Shown here in pieces: positions 10,042 to 19,904 of a stretch of DNA of 63,924 bases. The first letter of the stretch is position 1. Every line of letters begins with the position of its first letter. Under the pieces are notes generated by a model. The model saw only the letters and a list, made by a program, of their open reading frames with translations. It ran no database searches and was not told the origin of the DNA. Location: positions 1 through 63,924 of the forward strand of contig JAHIKV010000324.1 in assembly GCA_018897395.1 (NCBI GenBank). The letters are read 5' to 3'. The position numbers were made by a program, and so were the translations under genes. This DNA is from Planctomycetota bacterium (GTDB lineage Bacteria > Planctomycetota > Planctomycetia > Pirellulales > Thermoguttaceae).

Positions 10042-11427
10042 TTATGCTATCAGACCGTGTTCCAGCGTTGGGAGTCCGAGCGCGTGGAAGTGGGCATTCG
10101 GGAAGGCGTAGTTCAAGGCCGGGCTGCGGCTAATCCGCCATGGACCGTGGGGGCTGCCCGCCGTCTTTGCGGCCAGCTCTCTCCCTATGTCCCTTGAGCG
10201 AAGTTCCGCGTACCTGGTCCTGCCCCGTATCCACTGTTTCCAGATAACGGAGCGCAGTCGCCTTCTTATCCACGAGTCAAGCTCACGTAGGACCGAGGGC
10301 GTCTGGCAGAAGCCGAAGTAGGCCCGCCATCCAAGCAGATAGCGCCTGAGGTCGGCTATCATCTGCTCTATGCTTATCCCTCGCGTCCTGCGGGTGAGTT
10401 CCCTTATCCGCTTCTTAAAGCGCGCTATCGCCTTCGGGGCGATTCGTCGCCTGGGGTTTTCTCCCCCTGTGAAGCTGAATGCCAGGTAACTCCTCTTCCG
10501 GGGCCTGTCTACCACGCTTTTCTCACTGTTGACCTTGAGCTTGAGCTTGCGGGTGATGAAGCGGGTTATGCTCTCCATTACCCTTCTGCCCGCCCGTTCG
10601 CTTCTCACGTAGATGACTATGTCATCCGCGTACCGCACGAACTTGTGGCCTCTTCTCTCAAGTTCCCGGTCCAGGTCGTCCAGCATGATGTTGGAGAGAA
10701 GCGGTGACAGGGGTCCGCCCTGTGGCGTCCCTTCCACCGTAGGGCTTACCAGCCCTCCCTCCATGACCCCGGAGTTGAGGAAGGCGCGGATGATCTTGAG
10801 CATCCGCTTGTCCTCCACCCTCTTGGCTATCCGCCCCATCAGCATGTCGTGGTTTACCCGGTCGAAGAACTTATCTAAGTCCAGGTCCACCACCCAGTTG
10901 TGACCCTCGGCTATGTATGTCTGCGCCTGGGCCACCGCCTGGTGTGCGCTTCTTCCGGGGCGGAAGCCGTAGCTGCTCTCGGAGAAGGTGGGGTCCCACG
11001 TCGGTGTCAACACCTGTAGTATCGCCTGCTGGATAAAGCGGTCCAGAACCGTGGGGATTCCGAGATTTCTCACGCCCCCGTTTGGCTTCGGTATCTGTAC
11101 CCGCTTGACCGGCTTCGGCTCGTAGGTGCCCGAGAGCAGTTGCTCCCTGATACGGGGCCAGTTCTCCTTGAGGTAGCCGGGTAGCTCCTTGACGGTTATA
11201 CCGTCTATCCCGGGGCTTCCCCTGTTCTTCCTGACTCGTTTGAGTGCCCTATCCAGATTTTCGCGCTCTACCACCACCTCCATCAGGAATTCGGTTTCTG
11301 CCGGGCTTTCGGTTTCGCGTTCCGCCGCGGGCATTTCGGTCCCTTGGTGGGTGGAGGTCGGGGCTTCACCCTTTCCTTCCTCCCACAAGGCCAGTTGATC
11401 CTGGTTGTTCTGCCGCTTTCTACCCAT
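10042..11427 (-). CDS. group II intron reverse transcriptase/maturase (no endonuclease domain)
   Basis: RT blocks include FVRYADDIVIY (YADD). Maturase X domain RRYLLGWRAYFGF. The protein ends without an HNH domain. Confidence 0.92.
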   Translation of the reverse strand: MGRKRQNNQDQLALWEEGKGEAPTSTHQGTEMPAAERETESPAETEFLMEVVVERENLDRALKRVRKNRGSPGIDGITVKELPGYLKENWPRIREQLLSGTYEPKPVKRVQIPKPNGGVRNLGIPTVLDRFIQQAILQVLTPTWDPTFSESSYGFRPGRSAHQAVAQAQTYIAEGHNWVVDLDLDKFFDRVNHDMLMGRIAKRVEDKRMLKIIRAFLNSGVMEGGLVSPTVEGTPQGGPLSPLLSNIMLDDLDRELERRGHKFVRYADDIVIYVRSERAGRRVMESITRFITRKLKLKVNSEKSVVDRPRKRSYLAFSFTGGENPRRRIAPKAIARFKKRIRELTRRTRGISIEQMIADLRRYLLGWRAYFGFCQTPSVLRELDSWIRRRLRSVIWKQWIRGRTRYAELRSRDIGRELAAKTAGSPHGPWRISRSPALNYAFPNAHFHALGLPTLEHGLIA

Positions 11428-11847
11428 GAGTCACGCGTCCTACTAGCCACTCCCTACCGTTCGGGCCTTGGGCGTATATTTCTCTCGCCTACTATGCCCT
11501 CTGCTGACTTCTGCGCCGCGCTCCGGGTTCCTCACGGTTCCCTCAGTCCCTGTGCTACGGGACACGTCGCAGACCTCCCGGGGTAAGTCCGACCGCCTTC
11601 ACCGCGCACCTGCCGGATTTACAGCCATGGCCCTTGATGGATATGGACTTCGTGGTCACTTGCCCGCTCGTCCGGCCATGATTGCCTCCTATCCGGTTCT
11701 TGTCCATCAGGTCGCGGTTTTGCTCCACGCTTCCTTCAGACAACACCTCGCGATGCTGCCCTTGCGCTTCACTAACACTTCACCTCCATCAGGTTGTGTA
11801 GAGGACTTTCACCTCCAAGCTGTCGGACATGCCCGGCACACAAGTAT

Positions 11848-11876
11848 GTGCAAAAGGGGCCTGGCCCCTTTTGCAC
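11848..11876 (-). terminator. terminator-type hairpin of the peptidase gene and likely intron homing motif
   Basis: GUGCAAAAGGGGC-CAG-GCCCCUUUUGCAC, a 13-bp stem, begins 5 nt after stop codon 11881-11883 and is followed by AUACUU and then the intron 5' end. Confidence 0.65.
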
Positions 11877-11880
11877 ACGG

Positions 11881-14460
11881 TTACCTGTTGCGGTACTTGG
11901 ACCTGAGGGAGGAAAGCGTCTCCGCGGGGAGCGCGGACGCACCCGAACCGCTCGACCCCTGACCAACGTACGCGGACAGCACCCCCAGTGAGCAGTGCGC
12001 GCCGCTCTTGCCATCCGCCGTGTTCACGTACATCGCGCGTTCGCAGACCACGTATTGGTCGCTTTCCACCTTGGTGGAAACGTCCCCAATGTAGTAGTCG
12101 TTAACGTTGAACGACTTCCTGGAGGACGGAGGTAGTGTCGCGGGGGGCCCGGCCACCGGACCTTCGGGCGTCATGAAAGTCAGTTGCACATCGGCCGAGT
12201 TTTCCGTATCCGGGTTCATGACCAGTACCCATTCATCGAATCCGGCCGCGGTGCATCCCTCGGGCAGGTACCAGCCCGTACTACTGTAGATAGACCCGCG
12301 GGAGTTATGCGCGCCCAACTTGCCTTCGGCCGTGGCTATGTACATGGCCATCTCGACCACGACGTCCTGTCCTTCCTCGTCGGTGAAGACCAGCGTCGAC
12401 ACATCTTCCAACGGAACGTAATCGTTGACACAGATAGACTTCCTGCTCCCCGCTGCCAGCATGAACTCCGGGCCGGTGATAATCTCTGTAGGTGTCAGGA
12501 AGAAGAGGTAAACAGGAACCGCGGAGCCGGTCGGGTTCTGTATCAGGACCCACTCCTCGAAACCGGGCCAGGTCGCCCCCTCGGCGACGGCCCATCCCCC
12601 GCCCGCCTGTGAAGAACCCATGGAGTTATGGCAACCAACCTTCCCGTCAGGGGCGTTAATGTACATCGATCGCTCCGCGATAACCCCCCTGCCGGGTGTC
12701 AGGCACTCGACCTTGGTGGAGATATCGCTATTCGGCACAAAATCGTTGACGTGAACGGTATCCCTGGTGCCGCCCGGCAGGCTCCGCCGCGGACCGGGGA
12801 TCTCACCGCCGGGAGTCTGGAACGTCACCTCAACGTCAACCGTGTCGCTGTAAGGGTTCATCACCATAATCCACTCGTCGTATCCGGTCCAGGTGGCGCC
12901 TTCGGCCAGGTACCAGACGTCGGAAACGCCCGGGGATCCGATCGAGTCGTGAGAGCCCCACTTGCCGTCCAGCGTGTTGACGTACATCGCCCTCTCGGCG
13001 CAAATAGGAACCCCGTTGGTGGACGTCACCACCGTGGCCACATCCTGGTTTGGCACCAGTGCGTTCACGTTCACGGTGGTTCGGCTCTGGGCATCAACGG
13101 TAAAGGTCGGGCCAGCAACAGGGCCGTCGGGCGTGAGAAGGGTGAGCTCCACTACTGAATCGTCCGTGTTGGGGTTCTGTACCAGCACCCACTCGCCGAA
13201 TCCGGGCCAAGTCGCGCCTTCGGCGAGGTACCAGCTTCCGCTGGAATACGGTGCGACGGTGAACGAACCGACGTTGGACTTCTCGCTATCCCAGTCGTAG
13301 ACGTAGACGTTCCCTGACTCGACGTCATTGGGGACGGACACCTGTATCTCGTCGTTCTTCCACGAACTCACCGTCGCCTCGCCGGCCCCCGGTGCTACCG
13401 CCGAGCCCGCATCGGGGAACGTCACCTTGGCCAGGCGCCGGGAGGCCCCGAAGTTCGTGCCCGAGATCTTGACCACGTCACCTCCGGCGGCGCTCGATGG
13501 TGTGATGCCGGAGATCTCGGGGCTGGAGTCCCTGTTCCCCATCGCCCACGCATCGGGGACGTAACCCTGGACGAAGTCGTAGCTGAGGTAAACGTCTCCG
13601 TTCCCGTTCCAGCCGGAGCCCCAGGAGTTGATCATCAGAAAGCCGCCAAGGCCAGGGCCGCCCGCGTTATCGTCGTACCCGGCGATGAAAACGGCATGGC
13701 CTCCGGCATTGGCCGAGGAACCATCATAGACGTAGTAATCAGCGCTCGGGTTGACATCGTAGTCGGGGAAATCCAGGTAAATCGGAATCCCCATCACCAG
13801 CGGGGTACCGCCATCGAGGTGCGTCTTCAGGTCAGTGATGACATCCGCACGGGCATAGGGACCCCAGGTCTGCTCGTTGAAGAAGAAACCCCAGTCGTCG
13901 GGTATACGGTACTGCTTGGCCGCCTCCACGTCTGTGGTGTTCGGCTGCTTCAGGTAGTCGTTGATGTAAGGAAACTGCTTATAGTCGCAGTCGCCGGTGT
14001 TCTGAAGGAGCGTCATCGCGTCCGAGAAGCGAGAACCCTCGTCCTTCCCCTCGTTTATCTGGTTGTAGATGAAGGCGGGGCTGAAGTAGTACATATCGTT
14101 GGTGAGATCCCAGGAAGGGTGCTCCCGCTTCTCCCACCAGCTCTTATAGTAATACCCGGTGGCCCAGCCCACGCAGCTGTTGTGGGCTCCCTGGTTACCG
14201 ACGGGCGGAAGGTCGGCCGAGAGGTCCACCGAGGCGGCAAGCGGCATACCGGTGCCTAATTTGCTGGTGTCCAGCTTGTATTTCGGGTCCGGCTCGCTGG
14301 GCAACCAGCCCAACCCGTGCTCGCCCGGCGCTAGGCCCGCCTCCCCACCGTTCCCCCCCGACGCCCCCGGTGGGGACGCCACCACCAGGGGCCCGGCGGC
14401 GACCAGCGCCAGCAGCATCGCCAACACGCATACCATGGAGATGACGATTCTTTTTTTCAT
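11881..14460 (-). CDS. secreted papain-like (C1) cysteine peptidase with a TIG-like domain and four C-terminal ~105-aa repeats
   Basis: Started at ATG 14460 (MKKRIVISMVCVLAMLLALVAAG signal). Catalytic motifs NQGAHNSCVGWA, GGHAVFIAGYDD and NSWGSGW. Four repeats begin WYLAEGATW.G..EW..V.NP. Confidence 0.85.
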   Translation of the reverse strand: MKKRIVISMVCVLAMLLALVAAGPLVVASPPGASGGNGGEAGLAPGEHGLGWLPSEPDPKYKLDTSKLGTGMPLAASVDLSADLPPVGNQGAHNSCVGWATGYYYKSWWEKREHPSWDLTNDMYYFSPAFIYNQINEGKDEGSRFSDAMTLLQNTGDCDYKQFPYINDYLKQPNTTDVEAAKQYRIPDDWGFFFNEQTWGPYARADVITDLKTHLDGGTPLVMGIPIYLDFPDYDVNPSADYYVYDGSSANAGGHAVFIAGYDDNAGGPGLGGFLMINSWGSGWNGNGDVYLSYDFVQGYVPDAWAMGNRDSSPEISGITPSSAAGGDVVKISGTNFGASRRLAKVTFPDAGSAVAPGAGEATVSSWKNDEIQVSVPNDVESGNVYVYDWDSEKSNVGSFTVAPYSSGSWYLAEGATWPGFGEWVLVQNPNTDDSVVELTLLTPDGPVAGPTFTVDAQSRTTVNVNALVPNQDVATVVTSTNGVPICAERAMYVNTLDGKWGSHDSIGSPGVSDVWYLAEGATWTGYDEWIMVMNPYSDTVDVEVTFQTPGGEIPGPRRSLPGGTRDTVHVNDFVPNSDISTKVECLTPGRGVIAERSMYINAPDGKVGCHNSMGSSQAGGGWAVAEGATWPGFEEWVLIQNPTGSAVPVYLFFLTPTEIITGPEFMLAAGSRKSICVNDYVPLEDVSTLVFTDEEGQDVVVEMAMYIATAEGKLGAHNSRGSIYSSTGWYLPEGCTAAGFDEWVLVMNPDTENSADVQLTFMTPEGPVAGPPATLPPSSRKSFNVNDYYIGDVSTKVESDQYVVCERAMYVNTADGKSGAHCSLGVLSAYVGQGSSGSGASALPAETLSSLRSKYRNR

Positions 14461-14568
14461 GCCAGATCCTTTTGTGAGACATCCCGCAACTGCAAACACC
14501 AACCTACACTGATAACCTTACCACTTTTTTCGGCAACGCCGCTCCATACCTTGAGGGCCATCCCCACC

Positions 14569-15180
14569 TTACGGGGCGATGCCCGCTTCCTCCCTCTTGA
14601 GCACCCAGGCAACGGCCTTTCCGGCTCCTTCGAAGATCCACGGCATCGTTCGCTTGAGGAAGTATACAGGAAGCATTATGGGCTGGATTACGTGCCTCTT
14701 GTTCTTCTTTATCCCCTTGACTATCATGCGGCCCATTGTCTCCGGCTTGGCGGCGACCGCCATGAGCAACTTCATGCCCATCCTGACAATAGGCCCCCCG
14801 GTGATCGTCTCGTAGAACGGGGTCTTCACTATCCCCGGGAAGACCGTGGTAACCCCGATCCCGTGCCAGAATAACTCGTAGCGCAGGGCCTCCGAGTAGC
14901 CGTCCACCGCGAACTTGGTGCAGGCGTACGCCCCCCACATCGGCACCGCGAAGAACGCCTGGCCGCTGGATATGTTCACCACCTGGCCCGACCCGCGCTC
15001 TATCATCTTCGGGGCGAACGCGTTTACCATGTGGATTATCGACCACAGGTTCACCGCCAGCAGTTTTGCCCAGTCTTCGAGGGTAGTCTCGATCATGTGC
15101 GACATGTGGGCGATCCCGGATATAACTCTGTTGAGTCCCCTTGTGGGAAATATGACAACTGCTTTCTGGTGCAGGTGCAT
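14569..15180 (-). pseudogene. short-chain dehydrogenase/reductase lacking its Rossmann N-terminus
   Basis: Has the SDR core (NISSGQAF, YACTKFAVDGY = YxxxK) but no TGxxxGxG. Upstream, only a stop-interrupted trace (LPAIALGNHAYSRDE) remains. Confidence 0.6.
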
Positions 15181-15368
15181 GAAACAGAGATGCTAGTGGA
15201 TGGAACAATACAGAATTACATATCATATGGTTGGCTCGTCCCGGGAATAGGCATGATTGCCGAGGGCAATGGCGGGGAGATAGTGGACTCGCGTTTCAAT
15301 CTTAGTTTTCAAGAGTTTACCACCCTCAGTAGAATCGAGTAGTCATTCAGACAGACACTTGCTTTTCG

Positions 15369-15626
15369 TTGATGCTGGTAGCACTCCATCGAGCAGAATC
15401 TTCTCCCGCCGGACTGGACCCCGGGACCGTGACCCCCCACGTCTTGCGTCACACTTGCGCGACCGAGCTCCTGCGCCGCGGGGTAAACTTGCGGGTGATT
15501 CAGGAAGCCCTGGGCCACAAGAACATCTCAACAACCCAGATCTACACCCACGTTGTCAACGAGGACGTGCGGCGGGCTATGAGGGTGGGGCCTGGGTTGG
15601 GTTTTAGCCGTAGTAGTGGCACTTGA
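15369..15626 (+). pseudogene. tyrosine recombinase (XerC/D-type) C-terminal fragment, copy A
   Basis: ...[50 protein letters not shown]... has the HxLRH and catalytic Tyr region only, with no N-terminal domains. The 105-bp core 15477-15582 recurs at three other sites. Confidence 0.8.
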
Positions 15627-15662
15627 TGGCCTCACCTTTTGCTTACTATTGAATTCTTCGTT

Positions 15663-16052
15663 TTACGGTGCTGGCGGCACCGGCCAGTTATTTGCAACCC
15701 CTTCGTAAGCAATATCCCTCAAAACATTCACACTGACATCGTACTTTGCGGATACAACAGCATAAGCCTCAGCATCAGAAATACCACTGTCCTGCGCTAC
15801 TACCAAGTCCCAAAACGCTTGCTTTCTCTGAGATTCTGTAAGTCCGTTTTTAACATCAGAGGGTGGTGGAGGTGCTGGTTGAGTTGCTGGTGGAGGTGTT
15901 GGTTCCGGTTCTGGTGCTGTAGTTTCGATTGCTGGTGTTGTTTCTTCGATAGTTTCTTCATCGACTGTTTCTTCTGTCTTTCCACATCCAATAACCATGA
16001 AACACCCAACTGCCATAAGCACTACGACCAAACATACAAGCGACTTTTTCAT
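15663..16052 (-). CDS. lipoprotein, Pro/Thr-rich linker
   Basis: Signal plus lipobox LVVVLMAVGCFMVIGCG. The N-terminus is homologous to that of 21382..21819. Confidence 0.6.
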   Translation of the reverse strand: MKKSLVCLVVVLMAVGCFMVIGCGKTEETVDEETIEETTPAIETTAPEPEPTPPPATQPAPPPPSDVKNGLTESQRKQAFWDLVVAQDSGISDAEAYAVVSAKYDVSVNVLRDIAYEGVANNWPVPPAP

Positions 16053-16072
16053 AACGAACCCACTCCCTTTTT

Positions 16073-16339
16073 CTAGCCCTTTCCAGTTGCATCTGATTCA
16101 TAGTTGCGGGTTGCGATAACATCATGGTTATCGTATTGCTCCAGAGCCTCCCATCCGGGGCGGTCGAAGGTTGCTCCCCTGCTGTAGATATCCTCAAGAA
16201 TATCTCCCAACGGCCACTTCTTGAGCTTGCAGTACTCGCGGATTCGCTGACGCTGGATCTCCGGGGAGAGCTTTTCTTCTGTCGGCCGGGCGTGGGACAC
16301 CCGGATGTAGCCAATGGCGCGCTTCAAAGAACCTGCCAT
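16073..16339 (-). pseudogene. serine recombinase (resolvase/invertase) N-terminal fragment
   Basis: RAIGYIRVS (catalytic Ser context), SPEIQRQRIREYC and FDRPGWEAL are present. The frame stops after 88 aa, before the rest of the catalytic domain and the HTH. Confidence 0.6.
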
Positions 16340-17211
16340 CTAGAAAAAAAGTCTTCGTCTGAGATTTGTCCGTTGTACCACGCTAGGATATCGCTTACCC
16401 CAAGAGTGATAGTCTGTACTGCGTTGCCAGCGGCGTCTCCAACAATCACAGCAACACTGTCTATATCGGCGTTCATTTCATTTTGTGCACCGATTACATA
16501 TCCCCAAATCAAGCCAAGGTCTTGGTAATAACCCTCACTTCCAACAGGGCCTTCCGGGACAAACGTGATAATAGCTAACCTTTCGCCACCCTTTGCCCTG
16601 CCATCTGCTATCCTGGCACTTCCGATGTTAACGTTGCCACTGGCGGCTGTTTCAATCAGTTGCCCGATTTCTTCATCGGTGTATGTGGCTGGGGGTTCCG
16701 GTGTGGGAGCAGGAGCCGGTTGTGTTGCCGCTGGAGCCGTAGTATCGGTTGCAGGCTCGTCCTTCTTGCCTACGTCACCGACTTCAGCCTCGGTGGTTGA
16801 AGTTGCTGGCTCGTCCTTCTTCGCTACCTCCTTCTGCTCAAATCCCCCTGCTATAGCTACGATAATCACGACTATCACAAACAAGGCTACAGCGCCTGCT
16901 ATTACGTACTTGGCATTCCTGGAGAGTCCACGTGCCTTTTTGGCTAGAATAGGAGGCTTGGGGGGAGTGATAACTGAACCACCAGCGGGGGCCGCTTCAA
17001 GGGTCGCTTCTGGAGAAATATTATTGTCGCTAAGCTGATACCTCAAATTGTGGAGGGGAGAGTATACGGTGTACTTGAACTCAGGCATCTGAGGGTTCGG
17101 CGCCACCGTCTCCACCATGACCCTTTCGCCTTCCCTGAAAGCCAATGTACCGTCAATCACGATGTCCTGGTTGACCGTACATATATCCCCTGGCTTTATA
17201 GGTTTAACCAT
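16324..17211 (-). CDS. single-pass membrane protein, unknown function
   Basis: 295 aa. Central TM segment YVIAGAVALFVIVVIIVAIAGG, then a repeated KKDEPAT linker. Confidence 0.6.
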   Translation of the reverse strand: MVKPIKPGDICTVNQDIVIDGTLAFREGERVMVETVAPNPQMPEFKYTVYSPLHNLRYQLSDNNISPEATLEAAPAGGSVITPPKPPILAKKARGLSRNAKYVIAGAVALFVIVVIIVAIAGGFEQKEVAKKDEPATSTTEAEVGDVGKKDEPATDTTAPAATQPAPAPTPEPPATYTDEEIGQLIETAASGNVNIGSARIADGRAKGGERLAIITFVPEGPVGSEGYYQDLGLIWGYVIGAQNEMNADIDSVAVIVGDAAGNAVQTITLGVSDILAWYNGQISDEDFFSRWQVL

Positions 17212-17271
17212 ACTTGCTCCGTAGTCTCTTGCGGCTTATATGAGGATTATAGCCCAATCACTCACCCTTTA

Positions 17272-18174
17272 TCACCTCTCGCTTGTAACGCTGTATCCCG
17301 AATTATCTATAGTTACCACAACATTACCGTTTGTGTCTGTCCTGTAGACCTGCCCGTACGCCCCCAGTTCTCTTAACATTGTTTCTCCAGGGTGACCGTA
17401 GGTGTTGTCAGCCCCAACCAATATGACCGACACCTGTGGTTTAACAGCATCAATAAACGACTGACAGTATGCGGAGTCCCCACCGTGGTGTGGCGCTTTC
17501 AATACCTCCACGGGTGATAATCTCTGCGACACCATGTACTCCTGTGCCGGTACCTCCACGTCTCCGGTTAGCAGCAAGTCCTGCTCTCCTAAACTTATCA
17601 GGAGTACTACGCTGTCGTTGTTCTCGTCGGCTCCCGTCCCACTGTATAGTCCATTGGGCGGGTTCAGCACCTTGACGCTTGCCGACTCCCACTGGTAGCT
17701 CTCGCCGCTCCTTACCTGTCTCCTGGGTATCTTTTTCTCGTCTATCGCCGCACTAGTGGTCTCCCACGCCTTGGTGTCCTTGCCAACGCCTGACTCCCAC
17801 ACCTCTTCAACCTTGTACTTCTCGATGACTTCATTGGCCCCGCCTATGTGGTCGAAATCAGGATGAGTCAGCACAAGGACCTCGATGTCGTCACATCCCA
17901 GATCCTCAAGCTCCTCTACCACTTCGCCCCCAGCGTTGGTCTTCCCCGTGTCCACCACTGCGAAGAAGTCGTCATCCCCCGCCTCCAGCCTGATTATGCA
18001 TGAGTCGCCCTGTCCCACATCAACGAAGGCGACTATCATCTCACCCTCACCGCTCACTCTCCTGCGTATTGATTCCTGCTTCTTGGTAGGCGCTTCCCCT
18101 TTACCGCAGCCAGCTATCAGGACTATAACCAGTGTCAATACAAGGACTGCAGTCGTCCTTCTCTGCGCCATCAT
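17272..18174 (-). CDS. MBL-fold metallo-hydrolase lipoprotein (ComEC C-terminal-domain-like)
   Basis: Lipobox LIAGCG. Motifs HPDFDHIGG (HxHxDH), VLKAPHHG and TDTNG. Confidence 0.8.
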   Translation of the reverse strand: MMAQRRTTAVLVLTLVIVLIAGCGKGEAPTKKQESIRRRVSGEGEMIVAFVDVGQGDSCIIRLEAGDDDFFAVVDTGKTNAGGEVVEELEDLGCDDIEVLVLTHPDFDHIGGANEVIEKYKVEEVWESGVGKDTKAWETTSAAIDEKKIPRRQVRSGESYQWESASVKVLNPPNGLYSGTGADENNDSVVLLISLGEQDLLLTGDVEVPAQEYMVSQRLSPVEVLKAPHHGGDSAYCQSFIDAVKPQVSVILVGADNTYGHPGETMLRELGAYGQVYRTDTNGNVVVTIDNSGYSVTSER

Positions 18175-18380
18175 GCCGTGTTCTCCTTCGGAAATGGATT
18201 AGGCTTCCGGCCAGTACCGGAACGCCTAGATATTGGTGCTTCACCCTTTGATAGACCGGACAGAGTTCAAATGACAGAACTCGTTCTGGCTTGTGTCAAC
18301 AACAAGCCAGAACAAACAACTCAGGCTCTGGTGGATAATACGTGGTAGGCGTCGTCTCGCCGGGAGTCAACTCTTTGTCC

Positions 18381-18758
18381 TCATCTCGATTCCATATCGT
18401 TTTCCCAGGCGTCCTCGGCATACTGCTCGTAGCCCTGCTGATAACCCGCTTCCCACCCGGACTCATACTCGCTTTGAGCCGCCTCCGTCTCGTACTCGCC
18501 GTTATCCTGTGCCTCAACGTCCCAGTAACTCTCATTGTCGTCGTAGGAACCCTCTCCGGCGGCCTCGTATCCTGCTTCATATCCGTCTTCAAGTCCTTCG
18601 TCATTGGCGTCAATTGTGCTCTCGTAGACCTCCTCTTCCTTGTAGTCCGAGGATGGTGTCCCGTAGTGACCGCTGTTGCTACACCCAACAACCGCGAGCA
18701 GAGTAGCGGCAAGGGCTACCAGGACTGCTGCCGCCATGACTTTCTTTATAACAGCCAC
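18381..18758 (-). CDS. highly acidic small lipoprotein
   Basis: GTG start. Lipobox LAVVGCS, followed by a D/E/Y-rich low-complexity body. Confidence 0.55.
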   Translation of the reverse strand: MAVIKKVMAAAVLVALAATLLAVVGCSNSGHYGTPSSDYKEEEVYESTIDANDEGLEDGYEAGYEAAGEGSYDDNESYWDVEAQDNGEYETEAAQSEYESGWEAGYQQGYEQYAEDAWENDMESR

Positions 18759-18759
18759 C

Positions 18760-18891
18760 TCAGGGCCACTTCCACAGCTTGCGTATGACCTTGCGGCCGA
18801 CGTACTTGTTCTTCGCCCTGTTTGCTACCTTCTTGGGTCTGCCACTGGCTATTACCTCGAGGTCCCTCATGATCCTCGAAAGCTTAAACAT
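18760..18891 (-). CDS. possible 43-aa basic protein
   Basis: ATG 18891 to TGA 18762-18760: MFKLSRIMRDLEVIASGRPKKVANRAKNKYVGRKVIRKLWKWP. It ends 1 nt before the next start. The RBS is weak. Confidence 0.3.
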   Translation of the reverse strand: MFKLSRIMRDLEVIASGRPKKVANRAKNKYVGRKVIRKLWKWP

Positions 18892-18924
18892 CTTCGAACT
18901 GGTCTTACCCACGTCCGCTACCCC

Positions 18925-19584
18925 CTACTGCGGTGGTCCGCACACCGAGCACGGCGTATACCCTTCGGCCTTGGCCTGTGATAGCGGTATGGTCCGGGTA
19001 TCGGTCTTTCCCGTCACGTACCTGCAACCGGGGTTGTGGTATTTCTTACCTGTGCGGGTCACCACCACCATCGGCTCGGCAGCTGGTGCAGGAGCCGGAG
19101 CGGGAGCCGGTTGAACTTCAGGCGCAGGTTCGGGAGCAGGCGCAGGAGCGGTAGTCTCCGGCTGTTCCTCCTTCTCTTCTTCTTTTTCGTCAAAGGAGAG
19201 CCCGGCGAGCGTGCAACCGCTCAGGTTACTGTACAGCGAGAGTTCCTCATCTATGGAGTGGGTCCCCTTGCTGGAGACCTCGAACTCGAGCTCCTCTTTC
19301 CCTGTTTCCCCACTTTCCTTTTCGTAGGTTAACTTAATTATCATGTCGCCTGGTCCGTCCGTTGTCACCTCGCCGGTGAGGCGGTAGGCGCTCCCCGACT
19401 TCGAGAGCTTCATATTGTTGAGGTTCGCCCCGCTCACACTCTTGCTCTCCAGGGTGAACGCAGCGGGAACGGTCTTCCCACAGCCGAATACCACCCCCGT
19501 GATGACCAGCATGAGCAGCAGCAGCACAACGGTTGCCCTCGTTTTCATGGTAGATCTCCCCCCTTTGTTATCTCGCCACTTCAC
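18925..19584 (-). CDS. lipoprotein with C-terminal KYH...C...CxxC metal-binding-like motif
   Basis: Lipobox VVFGCG, an AP-rich linker, and the C-terminus TGKKYHNPGCRYV...TPCSVCGPP. Confidence 0.6.
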   Translation of the reverse strand: MKWRDNKGGRSTMKTRATVVLLLLMLVITGVVFGCGKTVPAAFTLESKSVSGANLNNMKLSKSGSAYRLTGEVTTDGPGDMIIKLTYEKESGETGKEELEFEVSSKGTHSIDEELSLYSNLSGCTLAGLSFDEKEEEKEEQPETTAPAPAPEPAPEVQPAPAPAPAPAAEPMVVVTRTGKKYHNPGCRYVTGKTDTRTIPLSQAKAEGYTPCSVCGPPQ

Positions 19585-19626
19585 CGAGGATTATATCACC
19601 AGTAACGCCCCGAGGCCCAGACAGCC

Positions 19627-19763
19627 CCCCTGCGCCAGGCAAGCCGCCGCCGCGGGGTAACCCTCCGGGTGATCCAGGAAGCCCTGGGGCACAAGAACAT
19701 ATCCACCACCCAGATCTACACCCACGTCGTAAACGAGGACGTGCGGCGGGCGATGAGCCGTTC
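19627..19763 (+). pseudogene. tyrosine recombinase 3' fragment, copy B
   Basis: [44 protein letters not shown]. Core 19651-19756. Confidence 0.75.
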
Positions 19764-19904
19764 TTACATAACAAAAGCGAGGCCATCTCTGACCCCGCTT
19801 TTCCATGCCTTACCATGCCGAACCGCGCCCTTCCGAACACCGACCACGCCTAACCATACTGGGCCTAACCGAACCCTGCCACGGCATCTTCAAGTACAAC
19901 AAAA

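Larger units (their letters stand above)
9960..11841 (-). mobile_element. group II intron, class C-like (about 1.9 kb); 3' boundary approximate
   Basis: 5' end GUGUG at 11841-11837, 6 nt after a terminator hairpin. The intron ORF lies in domain IV. Domain V lies at 10002-10031, followed by a DVI-like hairpin. The 3' end was not mapped precisely. Confidence 0.8.
15583..19650. mobile_element. putative ~4-kb integrated island between recombinase-3'-end copies A and B
   Basis: Flanked by direct copies A and B. It carries lipoprotein genes, an MBL hydrolase and a truncated serine recombinase. Its first gene is homologous to the first gene of the 30-kb element. Confidence 0.45.

Noticed and set aside
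10042-11427. Reverse transcriptase as part of a retron, DGR or defence RT
   Set aside because: It has the maturase X domain and is embedded between a GUGUG 5' end and a domain V/VI structure, so it is a group II intron ORF.
14504-15226. 240-aa ORF overlapping the SDR remnant in another frame
   Set aside because: The translation is Arg/Gly-rich, while the alternative frame carries the SDR YxxxK core.
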